A DNA stretch of 62,889 bases, filler included, from Welwitschia mirabilis (Eukaryota): NCBI GenBank assembly GCA_051453625.1. It is 4 parts of one record of this genome, joined end to end, with 100 filler letters (N's around TTAATTAATTAA, not from the genome) between each part and the next. Parts side by side here need not be neighbours in the genome. Positions count along the whole stretch, not along the records: positions 25,569 to 41,099 come from JBOZIK010000001.1; 3 more parts are not named here. One strand, written 5' to 3'. Positions 26,139 through 38,989 of this stretch are shown piece by piece. The stretch's first letter is position 1, and each line of letters begins with the position of its first letter. Made by a program: the position numbers and the translations under genes. The notes beneath the pieces were generated by a model. The model saw only the letters and a list, made by a program, of their open reading frames with translations. It was not told the origin of the DNA and ran no database searches.

Positions 26139-27658
26139 TGAGGATCGTTAAACTTAGAGGTAAGGGGTGAATGAGGTTTATTAAAAATAAATTTCATCAA
26201 AAGAAAATTAAAACTGTATAATGAATACTTTACCGAGATAACGTGGCTCCCCAACCTAGATACATTCACACATAGAGGATAGCTCCCTCTCACACCTCTA
26301 AATAATCTTAACCTACAAAAGTAGTGGTTTTGGTGTACTACCAATCTTACATACTATATGATATGCTTCTCTCAAGGGGACACTCTCTTCTCCTTAGGAA
26401 TAATCACTAACACAATACAAAAATATGCTTACAAGCACTAATACAATGTAAATTCTCCTCTTAAGGTAGCACTATCTTCCTCTTAAGGATATACAATAAT
26501 ATAAAAATGTATCATGCTTACACACACTCATAAAAACACACCTATATAAGGGTTACCTTACATTATAGAACCCTAGTAAGGGATTCTTAGGTTTGATAAT
26601 TAAAAAAAGGGATTATAATAAGAGTATTCAAAAATATGATAGTCCAACAATTTAGATCTAATAAATAATAATAACAAATGAATTAACAATCCTAAAAATG
26701 ATGTGTCTTTGAAGAAGTGCTTGAGTTCTTACTTGTTATCATTACTAACAAGTGTTAAAAATTGATGCAACATTGTAGGATCTAATGAACAAATGATGTA
26801 GTCACTTGATAGTCCCTTGTAAATGATAGCTTAATGCTTCATGAATAGATCCAATCACCCATGCATTTATTCATGCATACATGTGTAATTTTTTTTTAAA
26901 ATCTATTCTTAAGTCATTCCTTTATACCTTTNNNNNNNNNNNNNNNTATTTGACCTAGAAGATAGATGTTTGAACCTTGTAACTATCATACAATGCATTG
27001 GAACATCTGGGCGTTGAATGTGTAATGTCTATTTTATTTTCTATGATCTTTTACTATATACATCTTCAATATGGTAGATGTCTTATATCAGTAAGATGTC
27101 TTTAACATGGAAGATGTCTTCAATCAAAGTGACCAAAAATTAATGAAACTTGAACTGTAGAGTCTTTGACTCTTAGTGATCATAAATCTATGAGGCAAAA
27201 TATGATTACTTTCCTAGAATGTGAATAATCCATTAAAGTACAAATTATCCATATTAATTCTTTCAGTTTAGTGTCGATATCTTTAACTATGTAAACGTCT
27301 TTCATCTATGTCTGATCCATGCTTTAGTATAATAATCTTCGTTGAGATAGACTTGTTTAACCTATGATTGAAAATTGGTTTAGCATGGATGTCTTTGATG
27401 CTATCGATGTCTTTTCCATAGATGTCTTCAACTATGCAGGCATCTTTCCATAGAAATCTTGAATTTTATAAATGTATTTTATCAATTAAGATGTTATATT
27501 TTTAAAGCCTGATATGAACTTTCTATGTGATATGATTTTTAAGGTTTGACATTGATTTATGCTTTTTGTGATCTAATTTTCTCCAATTTAACATGTCTAT
27601 ACAATAGCATAATATATATTTGACAAGCGGAATCATCAAGACTATATTTTCACCAATA
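26139..27658 (-). repeat. Sirevirus-like 3' LTR
   Basis: Bounded by a SIRE-type terminal motif and the PPT; AGATGTCTT repeat motifs at 27077-27450. Confidence 0.7.
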
Positions 27659-29099
27659 ATCTCCCCCTTTTTGATGATGTTTAAAACTTGGAAAATCTCA
27701 TTAGTATAATCATGTTTAATCAACTATATTAAGATATCTAAATTCAAGAGAGGAAANNNNNNNNNNNNNNNNNNNNNNNNNNNNNNNNNNNNNNNNNNNN
27801 NNNNNNNNNNNNNNNNNNNNNNNNNNNNNNNNNNNNNNNNNNNNNNNNNNNNNNNNNNNNNNNNNNNNNNNNNNNNNNNNNNNNNNNNNNNNNNNNNNNN
27901 NNNNNNNNNNNNNNNNNNNNNNNNNNNNNNNNNNNNNNNNNNNNNNNNNNNNNNNNNNNNNNNNNNNNNNNNNNNNNNNNNNNNNNNNNNNNNNNNNNNN
28001 NNNNNNNNNNNNNNNNNNNNNNNNNNNNNNNNNNNNNNNNNNNNNNNNNNNNNNNNNNNNNNNNNNNNNNNNNNNNNNNNNNNNNNNNNNNNNNNNNNNN
28101 NNNNNNNNNNNNNNNNNNNNNNNNNNNNNNNNNNNNNNNNNNNNNNNNNNNNNNNNNNNNNNNNNNNNNNNNNNNNNNNNNNNNNNNNNNNNNNNNNNNN
28201 NNNNNNNNNNNNNNNNNNNNNNNNNNNNNNNNNNNNNNNNNNNNNNNNNNNNNNNNNNNNNNNNNNNNNNNNNNNNNNNNNNNNNNNNNNNNNNNNNNNN
28301 NNNNNNNNNNNNNNNNNNNNNNNNNNNNNNNNNNNNNNNNNNNNNNNNNNNNNNNNNNNNNNNNNNNNNNNNNNNNNNNNNNNNNNNNNNNNNNNNNNNN
28401 NNNNNNNNNNNNNNNNNTTATCATTAGTATGAAGAAATTTAAATTTAAGAGAGAAAAGAAGATAATCATGTTTTATTAAAAATATTGAATAATAATGATT
28501 AATTACATAGATAAACATGTAGATTAGTAATTAAGAAAGAAACATGAGCATCACATAGTTTCATTTAAGAAAAATAATAATAGTTATGTAAATTGTGGCA
28601 ATAATAGTGTGCTAACAATAAATAATATCAAAACATAATATTTTAATAATGTACTAAAAACAAATAATATTAGAGCTCAAATGTGCCAACAACAGAATAA
28701 ATAACAATAGTTTCCTAACAATGGTAGAAAAAATTAGAGCATAATGTGTGTCAGTAATCAATAGCAATCATCAGTTAAAAGTGATATCACTCAGAGAGTC
28801 TAATCTGTCAATTCATAATCAATTTCTCTAGGCCCATATGAGATGTCCATGCTAAAATTGATTTGCTCTTTCTCCCCCTTTTTAGATAGCATACAAAGGA
28901 ACCTAATCACTAAGTACAGAATGATTGGTGTAGTGTGTGCCTTATACTTCATGATCATTATCATTATTACTATTGTTTGTGATGAGTGAAGGTATGTATC
29001 ACTTCCTAGATGGACATTGAGAAGTCTCACCAGGGCCTTCATAGAACTATCTTGTCATATGTGAGTACCTCTAAGGAGTGATGGAAGTAAAAAAGAAGC

Positions 29100-30560
29100 T
29101 CACTCTGGTAGTCTCAACAAAGGATGAAGGTAGTACTATGGTAAGCAGTGGAATATAAATGGGCTCTAGGTAAGGTGGTAGTAGAAATGGCATGTGAGGT
29201 GGTGATGAGGGATAAGGAGGTAATGGTAGATGTGTAGGAAAACATATGGGTAGTTTGAAATATGGATTACGAAGGATAAGGGGTTGAATATTAGAGATCT
29301 TTGACTCTGCCTGCTACTTCTTCTATAATGATGCTAGAGCCTGATGCTTCCCTTGAGCCTATGCCTATGTAGGAGCCTAGTGCTCCCCCTGTACATGTGC
29401 CTTTTCTCATATAGACTTTGATGAATTACTATCTATTGCTCATCTTGAATTATAGCCTACACCCTATGGAGTTAAAGGTGCCTCAACATTTGATTCTTCA
29501 TCTAAATCTATCCAAGTGTGAGTTTCCATGTATTTCAAACTACTTGGAGGTGCTTCTTCTTCAGTGGCTGTGGACCTGTGCTTTTTCAACCTTAACAAAT
29601 TATGGCTAATCTTACTACCCATCTTGGCCAGTACTTTTAGATCATCCTTTATAAATGATAAACTATAACAAGCTATAGAGTATGATTTCTAAAGCTGTGA
29701 TTTAGCTAGTCTTCAACTTATTCCCTCATTAGGTGGCACTGATACATGCTGTTTTTCATTGAATTTTGCAAGAGGCTTTTTTATATGGATGAGGTTTACT
29801 TGTCATAATAATATACTAGCATTACTAATAATTAAGCTAATTAAATAAGGGTAACCTAAGGTCTAAACCCTTTTGAAAAATGTAATAATATCCATGCATA
29901 AAATAAATCCCAATTCAATCTTTAAGCTAGTAAGAAAAGAAAAAAAAAAAAAATGTCTACATGGGGTTGTACTGATTATAACTACCACCCCTAAAAATAA
30001 TGTTATAAAACATAATCAAGCTTAAGATAGAAGCATCTAAAACCATTTTCTTCCATTCTATGTTTTCATAAAAATTCATTCTAGACTATTCAAATAGAAC
30101 ATCGCTCATAGATCTTTATGACATACTAATAAAATATGAAATCAATATATCTTTAAATGAATGAATATATAGCTGAGGAAGTTTTAAATCATCAATGCCA
30201 AGAATAAAATTCAGAAAACTAGGACTAAGATATAATGAAGTACCTTAAACTTATATTTAAAATGCTCTTGTATTATCATCAACATCATGGATGTTGACAC
30301 AAAATTCTCTGATAATTGGATCTAAAATACCCTGATCCACCTATATAATCATGTTCCATCTAATACAAGAGAAGCATATAAGAAGCTAGTTCTTTTTCTA
30401 TTTCTAAAAGATAATTTTCCTTTTTGTAATGATTGAGTTTCTTATTCATGTTCTGAAATGTTTTGTAGTAGCCTTATGGTAGAATTGAGGTTCATATTAT
30501 GATCTTTGTATCTCTAAGGTTAGTTATTTATCTTTTGAGGTACCAATGAAATATCTTCTC
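29100..30560 (-). pseudogene. env-like / accessory ORF remnant of Sirevirus element
   Basis: Reverse complement of ~30200-30360 reads WNMII*VDQGILDPIIREFCVNIHD..V*GTSLYLSPSFLNFILGI, resembling the 'LVREFYAN..VRG..' motif of plant env-like ORFs. Proline-rich C-terminal part near 29150-29280. Confidence 0.55.
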
Positions 30561-31289
30561 ATCATTTTTCAAAAAAAATTATGAAAAACTAAACTAGAAT
30601 CAACTAAAATCTAGAAGTTTACTAAAATGAGCACTTACAAAAGAATGTTACCTATTTCTATTAACTCTGAAGATGTCTACAAAAACCAAGATGTTCTTGT
30701 AGAGAAATTTGAGAAAAACAACTCTGAGAAGAGCTATGAGAGGGACACCTATCAAGTGAAGGATTGAAAATGAGAGATGGTGGTTTGTGTTCTGATTAAA
30801 AGGATCAAAACCATAGTTTTTTTAATGCATTTTGTTATTTTTACAATAGTTCTTAAAAGATGTCTACCTAATAAAAGATGTCTATAAGATAAAAGTAGAC
30901 ATATACTTTATGAAATAAATCTACTATTAAAAATTTTATAAGCCATTTTTCATGTTGTAAAGATGTCTACCTATTTAAAGACATCTATTTTAAAACATTA
31001 AAAAAGTATACCTAATCTTTAAAGACGTCTGAAAGTTAAAGAAATCTACTTAATATATGTCTACGAATCTAAAGATATATCCCTAATAGACATCTATAAA
31101 ACTGTATACATCTATCCTATAAAATCTGTAAACTTCAAAATTTTCTATGACTAATATCAAGATAATAATATTTTTCCAAAAAAGTAAAGTAACATGCATA
31201 GAGTTTAACTTTTTGAGCATCTAACTATAATCTTTACTTATAGAATATTATAAAGTAAGGTTAAGATTTGAAAGATATTACCTGATGAC

Positions 31290-32158
31290 TCATCTAATTG
31301 AGCAAGGCCAAATCCCTAAGTTCCTACACAATTTGATAAATCTTTTATCACTTAATGGTTTAATGAAAACATTAGCAAGTTGATCATTAGTACCAATATA
31401 TGACATCATAATGTCCTTGTTTTGAATGCGTTCTCTAAGTAAGTGATGCCTAATCTCAATATCTTTTATTTTTGAATGCTGTATTGGATTCTTTGAGATA
31501 TTGGTTTTAGTTTTATTATTAGAATAGATTGGAATGCTTTGCAAGAAGAGTCCAAAATTTTTTAACGTTTCCTTCATCCAAAGTAGCTGTGTACCATGAT
31601 TTCCAAAAGTAATATATTTGAACTTAGTAGTTAAAAGAGTAGTTGAGTTTTTTTTTTTCTTTTCACTACTCCAAAAAATTAGACATTACTTAAGCAAGAA
31701 TTAGGTCTTACTTGTGCTTTTTTAAAATCTTTACATCTTATCTGATCTCAATATCAAAATAGATAAAGGCAAAGAACTAGAGGCCCTAATTAGTAGTATC
31801 CTTTAAATAATGAAAAATTCTTTTAACAGCTATAAGATATGGTTCTCTAAGATCACTTTGATAACAAGCACAAATTCCTATAATCAAACAATATTAGGTC
31901 TGCTAGTAGTAAGATACAATAAACTACTAATAATACCTTTGTACATCTTTTAATCAACCTTTTTACCATGCTCATCTTTGTCCACTTTTATGCTTTGATT
32001 CATTAAAATTTCTTTGGCTTTACAATCCTATAAATCATATTTAAGTGATAAATTTTTAATGTATTTAATTTGGGAAATAAATGTAACTTATCTGTGTTGC
32101 ATAAATTATAGCCTTAAGAAGTTGCTCATCTCTCCCATGAGAATTATTTCAAATTCCT
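31290..32158 (-). pseudogene. Ty1/copia RT C-terminus and RNase H remnant
   Basis: ISKNPIQHSKIKDIEIRHHLLRE..QLANVFIKPL in ORF 31290-31577. Upstream: MGEMSNFLRL, YKGIISSLLYLTTSRPNI, AVKRIFHYLKG. Confidence 0.9.
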
Positions 32159-33368
32159 TATTATGATGCTAATTTGTAGTAATTTGATAATATATTTTGA
32201 GTGCTGTTGCAAGACTTTACACAAGTGTGGATAAAATACAAATGATTATGAATATCTGACAAGACGATCAATGAAACATTTAATTCTTAGCATATTTGGA
32301 GGTTTCTTAGGCTTATTCTGATACTGCATACTTTGAAGAAGGATTCATCATGCAAAATATTAACTTATCTTTGATATTAAAGATAAAGAAGCTTATTGTC
32401 CTCTCTGTTACCATCACAACAAGAGTTAATGAAGTACCTTTTAACATAGGATAACATCCCCTCTGTCATCCCCATGATAGTCAGAATAACAACTATTTTT
32501 TCATGGTCAAAAAGAATTATCTTTGTAATAGGGTCAAGTAACCCATTTGGGTTATTAGGGTTTCTTTTCTAATTTCTAGGGTTTGAGTTTCTAAAACCTC
32601 AAAGTAAAAGTATAAATACCCTTCCCCTCCTTCATTACTATTTCTATCTTTTATACCAAATATGCTTATGAAAAAAGTTTGAAGGACAAGAGATCCATCT
32701 ATAGTTATAGAAAAGAGTTTTCTTAGTGTTAGGCTAAGTTTCTTCCCTTGAGATACAACTATTTTGTTATAAGTGGATGTAAATATTCTTGAATTAATTC
32801 AATTAATTTTGAATCAATACAATTTCTATTTTCATTTCAATAATGTGTATGTCGCTTATGATTTCCATTGATTATAGTTTAAAGTGACAATTTTGTGATT
32901 TATCTAGATTATAAGGACAACCTTTATTAAAGTTGGTCTTAGTTAGTATTAGATTTGCATTGCTATTCCATTTCATTTCACATTGCATTCTGTATTCTTC
33001 TTGGTAGATCTCATAGTTCATGTTGGTTAGGAACTAGTTGAATAATCTTTTAATTGATCTAAATTATAGAGAAGTTAGTTCTTATGATAGAAGGACTAGA
33101 AACCAAATAGAATTCATTCCATTTCCATTTGTATTTTATTTTCATTCACTTGCATTGCATTTACTTATTTACTTGTTTTCAGTTATTATAAGATAAAAGA
33201 TCAAAAATATCTTAAAAAATAATTTTTTAACTCTTGTCCTAGTGTCTTCATTAGGATTATGACATTCAGGTGAACTCTCATCTATACTACCATGTGTTTT
33301 TCTATAAGTTATTTGATTTATAGGTTGACCTAAAGAACTTTAGAATTGCATAAACTTACACCAAAACA
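32159..33368 (+). repeat. Athila-family 5' LTR inserted into copia RT
   Basis: Starts TATTATGATGCTAATTTGTAG and ends TGCATAAACTTACACCAAAACA, followed by PBS TTTTGATGCCGTTACTGGAAAAGG. Confidence 0.85.
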
Positions 33369-33390
33369 TTTTGATGCCGTTACTGGAAAA
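33369..33390 (+). promoter_or_regulatory. Primer-binding site (best-preserved copy)
   Basis: TTTTGATGCCGTTACTGGAAAA versus the Athila-type TTTTGGCGCCGTTGCCGGGGAA; all differences are transitions. Confidence 0.75.
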
Positions 33391-33839
33391 GGCCATAAGA
33401 AGCTAGAGAATTGTTATTAACTAGATAAGTATCTTGAATATTTTGTTCAGGTTATTTATTTAAATTAATGCTGTATTTTTATTTTAGTTTAAAGTAGATT
33501 TATTTCTATAAAATTTTATTTTCCATAATTTTTAGGGACCCTGTCATCCTCTCTGTCATTCCAACAACATAGGGCATGACAATTCTAAAATTTTAAAATT
33601 TATTTTATCTTTTTCTATTTTTCTTCTATTTGTAGTTTACTAATAAAGTGATTATCATCTTTTTTGTCATTCGTATGATAGTCTGGATGACAGTCTAGTG
33701 CTTTACTGAAAGTAATTTTTCTTAGTTTTGGATTTCTGTTATTGTGATCCTTTTTATCCCTGTTGTTCCCATGACCAGGTGGATGATGGTCTATTATTTT
33801 TGATTTTGGTTTTCTATTTATTACTTTAGCATGCAGGGA

Positions 33840-35320
33840 CATGATGAATCCTGATAGAAAGATAAAATATCAAAGAGAAAAAACTTGATTGAAGAAAACA
33901 TCAGAGAAGGATTATTTAACACCAAACTAAATCTATATGTACACACCCTAGGTAAAAAAATTCCCAGAATTAAAGAAGTAGTTTTTTCTACTTTTATTGT
34001 TTCAGAATCAGATTCTGCAAAAGAAAATTGTAGGGTAGAAGTAGATTATATTGTTTTTCTTTGTATATGTCAAATGTATCAAAATCTTTGCAAAAACAAA
34101 AGCAAGTTGCTTTGTCTAATACTCCAACCATAATAAGAACTTCTTCCTCAAATGCAAACGTTACTCTTAGAGATCTAATTACTAATAAAAAATATGAAAT
34201 TAAAAATCCTTTTGATTTACCTCCTAGAGATGAAGAACTAAGAAATTTGAGTGCTTATACAACTTTTTTGAGGGAACCAAAGGAAGATCCTTTTCAACAT
34301 TTGACTGACATTGAACAACTTCGTCTCATCTTAAGAAATGGGGAGAAATGTATTAGTGACTATATCTATATGATTATTTTTTTAGTCACACTTAGAGAAA
34401 GAGCAAAAATTTGGCTTAAAACTATTCCATATAAAAGTCTCAAATCTTGGAATCAAGTGTAAGAAGTGTTTATCAAACATTTTTTGAGTGAGAGTTACAT
34501 GAAAAAAAGAAGAAAAAAAGTAAACAACTTNNNNNNNNNNNNNNNNNNNNNNNNNNNNNNNNNNNNNNNNNNNNNNNNNNNNNNNNNNNNNNNNNNNNNN
34601 NNNNNNNNNNNNNNNNNNNNNNNNNNNNNNNNNNNNNNNNNNNNNNNNNNNNNNNNNNNNNNNNNNNNNNNNNNNNNNNNNNNNNNNNNNNNNNNNNNNN
34701 NNNNNNNNNNNNNNNNNNNNNNNNNNNNNNNNNNNNNNNNNNNNNNNNNNNNNNNNNNNNNNNNNNNNNNNNNNNNNNNNNNNNNNNNNNNNNNNNNNNN
34801 NNNNNNNNNNNNNNNNNNNNNNNNNNNNNNNNNNNNNNNNNNNNNNNNNNNNNNNNNNNNNNNNNNNNNNNNNNNNNNNNNNNNNNNNNNNNNNNNNNNN
34901 NNNNNNNNNNNNNNNNNNNNNNNNNNNNNNNNNNNNNNNNNNNNNNNNNNNNNNNNNNNNNNNNNNNNNNNNNNNNNNNNNNNNNNNNNNNNNNNNNNNN
35001 NNNNNNNNNNNNNNNNNNNNNNNNNNNNNNNNNNNNNNNNNNNNNNNNNNNNNNNNNNNNNNNNNNNNNNNNNNNNNNNNNNNNNNNNNNNNNNNNNNNN
35101 NNNNNNNNNNNNNNNNNNNNNNNNNNNNNNNNNNNNNNNNNNNNNNNNNNNNNNNNNNNNNNNNNNNNNNNNNNNNNNNNNNCTCCAACTAAGCAACTTG
35201 TAAATTTTTCTTATGGAGGAAAATTATTGAATTTAGGCTAAGATGATACATTAGAAAACTTGATAAAAATAAGTTAGACTTGGTTTAAACCCACTAAAGA
35301 AAATCGTATTATAGGTTATG
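33840..35320 (+). pseudogene. Athila-like gag remnant
   Basis: ORF 34061-34462 contains EDPFQHLTDIEQL..IFLVTLRERAKIWLKTIP..SLKSWNQV, a retrotransposon gag motif. Confidence 0.85.
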
Positions 35321-35875
35321 TATATAAATATTATGACTGGCATAACTAATGAGATGTTTTAAAATTTACCATTTTATCTTAAATGGTTATAGCCAAGGTA
35401 TTCAGTGAGTTCAAAATATAAGCATTAGTAGTGGCAGACATTTAGCTCTTCATATTTAGCATGGTGCTTGACAAAGTAATTCTATATAATAGGGATGTTG
35501 GGAATACTTCGCTTTTTCACGAAATCCATAGAATGTTTCGCCTCTTGTTTATTTGAACAAGAAATATAGTCATAATGAAAGATCCCCTTTTCCAAAGATT
35601 TTAAAATAGACAATTTGGCCTCAGTGATCTTATTCTGAATTCTCTCATTTTATTAAAAAAAAATACCTTTGTCGTACCAAACACCGAGGACATTAAAATT
35701 GAAACAGAAATGGGTCTTGAGTATTTTTGAAGGTGCTGACGTGGGTTTTTTTCTTTTTTGTTTTTTTGGTTTTGGTTATATGTTATGGGTTGCTATTGAC
35801 GGAGTTTGTTATACATGCTTATCCATAATCAAGCATAATATACCTTGTAGTCCTTACAAATAGATGGTTTTAGGG

Positions 35876-36403
35876 TTATACACTCTTACTGCATCTGCCA
35901 CCCTCAGAGCCTCCGCAAGGGCTAGCATTTGCCGCTAAGGCCACGGTATCCAGCGCAGTCAGCAATGATTGTCGACATGTAGGACACGATGTGTTCACCG
36001 CAAGCCACCTTTCAATGCATCTAACATGGAACATATGGGTGCAGACTGACAACACCCGGATAACGTCTTCTTTGGCAAAATGAGAGAGATAAATGACGCA
36101 CTCCTCCTTTTCTTCCCTCTTCGCTTTGTTTTCTTTGTACTGCACAATCAGCAGGGCGGTCAAGCTTTGGCTGTTGAGTCCCTTGCAGTTACCGGAGGAC
36201 AGTAGCCGAACAGACATGTTCCTGCGTAGTCTGCGGTGGAGGTTGTAAAGAAAGAGAGAATGGAGGCCGATAACGACGATGAAGAGGCACAGAAGAGCAT
36301 CCATAATGAAAGCCAGTTCCTTCTCCATTGCCGTTTCACATTCCTGACCGTCGCTTCGCATTCCATCTTTACTGGGATCTGCCATTTCCATTAACTTTCT
36401 CAT
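35876..36403 (-). CDS. ATL-type RING-H2 E3 ubiquitin ligase (TM - GLD - RING-H2), possibly non-functional
   Basis: First ATG at 36403 (the track's start at 36424 is a TTG). Hydrophobic helix ALLCLFIVVIGLHSLFLY, basic stretch, GLD-like KGLNSQSLTAL, then CVIYLSHF..IRVLSVCTHMFHVRCIERWL..NTSCPTCR. Uninterrupted ORF. Confidence 0.85.
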   Translation of the reverse strand: MRKLMEMADPSKDGMRSDGQECETAMEKELAFIMDALLCLFIVVIGLHSLFLYNLHRRLRRNMSVRLLSSGNCKGLNSQSLTALLIVQYKENKAKREEKEECVIYLSHFAKEDVIRVLSVCTHMFHVRCIERWLAVNTSCPTCRQSLLTALDTVALAANASPCGGSEGGRCSKSV

Positions 36404-37779
36404 CCTTTTTGCAAAATTTTGCAATTATTGAGAGCTTTTGGTGTTTGATCATCATTTACAATATTCAGATCTTAATATTTAAATATTAAATACTTAATTT
36501 CATAAAGAACGTATTTCAAAAATCAAATTTACAGTAGTGAACAGATGCTCATTATAACATTGAAGCCCATGTGAAAGTAATTCTATAAGCACAAAGCAAA
36601 TTGAGTGAAGGGTGGGTCGCAAGAAGGACTCAAGCTTACCGTTGCAAGCAGGTGACACGTTATTGAAGAGGAGAGATGAGGGATGAGCACCAAGCATACA
36701 TGCTCTCAAGATTGTCTCAGCTCTCTAGCATAACAACATACAAGAAATCAATCCATACTGCTTGACTCAAAATCCGCTTCAGAATGACCCTCACAAGAGT
36801 TTGTGACTGCTTCTGTATCAGCAACAATAGAGGCGACCTTCACGGTGATTGCTCTTGCATTAAGGGCAATAGCGAGCAGGGAAATTACATTTTTATATAT
36901 TTCATTTTATTACTATTATCTGTTACTAAAGCAGTCTCTGTTTAAGTCTAACAGAGTTCTATTTTCCCTTCTGTAGGCGTCCCGTGGAAACGATGGATGC
37001 GTATCATTTGCATCTGTTTGGAGGTGGATTTATACCCTGATAGCTAAGAAAATTGACAAGTAAAGAAATAATGGCAGTAGAAAATCCGCCCAGCCACAGA
37101 TAAAACATTCGCCCGCTTTTCCAGTTGCTAACATCAAACTTCACAGAATTTTCTGTTTGCCCTCTAAACCCTTTCCAATCAATAACTCAGACTGGTTTCC
37201 AGACGTCCATTTTGGCAGAAGAGTTCATCATGTAGAAGAAGAACAATTCATTGAGATAGATGCACTAAGAAGAAAGATATAAAGTAGACTTTAATTAAGA
37301 AGAGCCGGACCTCTTCATTCTTCTTCTTCCACATCATTGATCTATATGTTTTAGTGTTTGGGATTTCTGAGCCACTTGGAAATGATATTCGATCTATGTT
37401 CCATCTTCTATTCCAATGTAACAGCAAATTTCGACATAATTCTGGTCCATATATCATAGAATATCGGCAGTTAGAGGAAAATCATAGGAGGATTAGATCG
37501 CAGATGATGTTACAAAGGAAGTCGGTCAGAAAGAACGACCCATCTGGTCGAGAAGATGACCAAGAACAGTGAAGAAGAGAATTAAAAGGCTGAGGGAGGT
37601 AGCAAGGGATGTGAGGAAGAGGAATGATAATGAATCGTAGCAGGAGGAGTGACAGTGGCAATAAGAGACACAAAAATGCATTGGCAAAGAACATAAGAGC
37701 ACACACAAGAAACATGCAATGCAGCACAGGGAACATAACATCATAGCTTAGAAAAAAAGACATGAGACATAAGCAAGAA

Positions 37780-38066
37780 TGCACAAGAATGCCAGAGTAA
37801 CGTAATACACAGGAGTAGAAGTACATTAGAAATGATAGCAAAGATGAATGACGAGTATATAGTGCATCAACANNNNNNNNNNNNNNNNNNNNNNNNNNNN
37901 NNNNNNNNNNNNNNNNNNNNNNNNNNNNNNNNNNNNNNNNNNNNNNNNNNNNNNNNNNNNNNNNNNNNNNNNATGGCACAAGAATGCCAGAGTGACGTAA
38001 TACACAGGAGTAGCAGCACATCAGAAATGATAGCAAAGACGAATGACGAGTAAATAGTGCATCAAC
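37780..38066. repeat. ~93 bp diverged direct repeat flanking a gap
   Basis: GCACAAGAATGCCAGAGT(A/G)ACGTAATACACAGGAGTAG..AGTGCATCAACA on both sides of the gap, with several mismatches. Confidence 0.75.
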
Positions 38067-38989
38067 AGACAGGAAATATTAAAAGCAAGATAGAGATAGT
38101 GCAGACGCAGCAGAGATTCAATGAGATCACAGTCGGCACATGACAGCAAATGCCAGAACGTAGAAGTAACACAGTGTCGAAGAGGCTGGCAGTGATAACC
38201 TTATTCAGGTTCCTTTCTTTTTANNNNNNNNNNNNNNNNNNNNNNNNNNNNNNNNNNNNNNNNNNNNNNNNNNNNNNNNNNNNNNNNNNNNNNNNNNNNN
38301 NNNNNNNNNNNNNNNNNNNNNNNCCAGAATGTGGAAGTAACACAATGTTGAAGAGGCTGGCAGTGATAACCTTATTCAAGTTCCTTTCTTTTTATGTCAT
38401 TCACAAATATTGTAAATCATCTCCTTTTGGGAAATTCTAAAGCCTTCATTTTTTGTTAATCACTTAGTATTAAAAAAAAAGGGAAAATACATTATGTGAT
38501 TAGAGTTTTTTATTCATTTTTCTTCAATTATCTTGTTGAATCCTTTAGAATTAGATTAAAACTTCTCAATTAGTTTTCATCCTACTTAAAAAAAGATTTT
38601 TTCTTTTTATGAAGTCGTAATAAGATCCTAGTTTTTTTATGCATTTATAGATAAAATTAGATTTATTTGTATTAAGCACTTTTAGTAAAGAATCCTAGCA
38701 TCAGGTGTCGCACAACTTCCCTTTATTATTCAAATTCTTTTAGTATCATCACATAATAATTATTCATCCTTGCCTTAATGGAACGTGGAAAAAAAAGCTA
38801 CCCTTGATTATTTATAATTATTACATTTTATTTGCGAAGCAGAATTCAATTAATTAAGATCATAAGATCATGTTGCTAAAAAACCACGATTGATTTAACA
38901 TTGTGAAAAATTATTGCAACAGTTTTGGTGCTAGAAGGATATAATTTAAACAATGCTACGTACAATACAAAAATCATGATTAATATATG

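Larger units (their letters stand above)
26139..32158 (-). mobile_element. Sirevirus (SIRE/Maximus)-like Ty1/copia element, 3' half (RT, RH, env-like region, multiple PPTs, 3' LTR)
   Basis: LTR end TGAGGATCG..CTTAGAGGTAAGGGGTGAATGAGG. PPT (reverse complement AAAAAGGGGGAGAT) at 27659-27672 and a second PPT at ~28871. Copia RNase H and RT upstream. Truncated by an Athila LTR at 32159. Confidence 0.8.

Noticed and set aside
36650..36730. miR156-like or miR390-site-like text (GTGACAC..GAGATGAGGGATGAGCAC)
   Set aside because: No full mature miRNA match, no clear hairpin partner and no tasiARF sequence.
37248..38053. Short overlapping ORFs rich in Cys/Leu/Phe
   Set aside because: No recognisable domains; explained by strand-biased composition and a gap.
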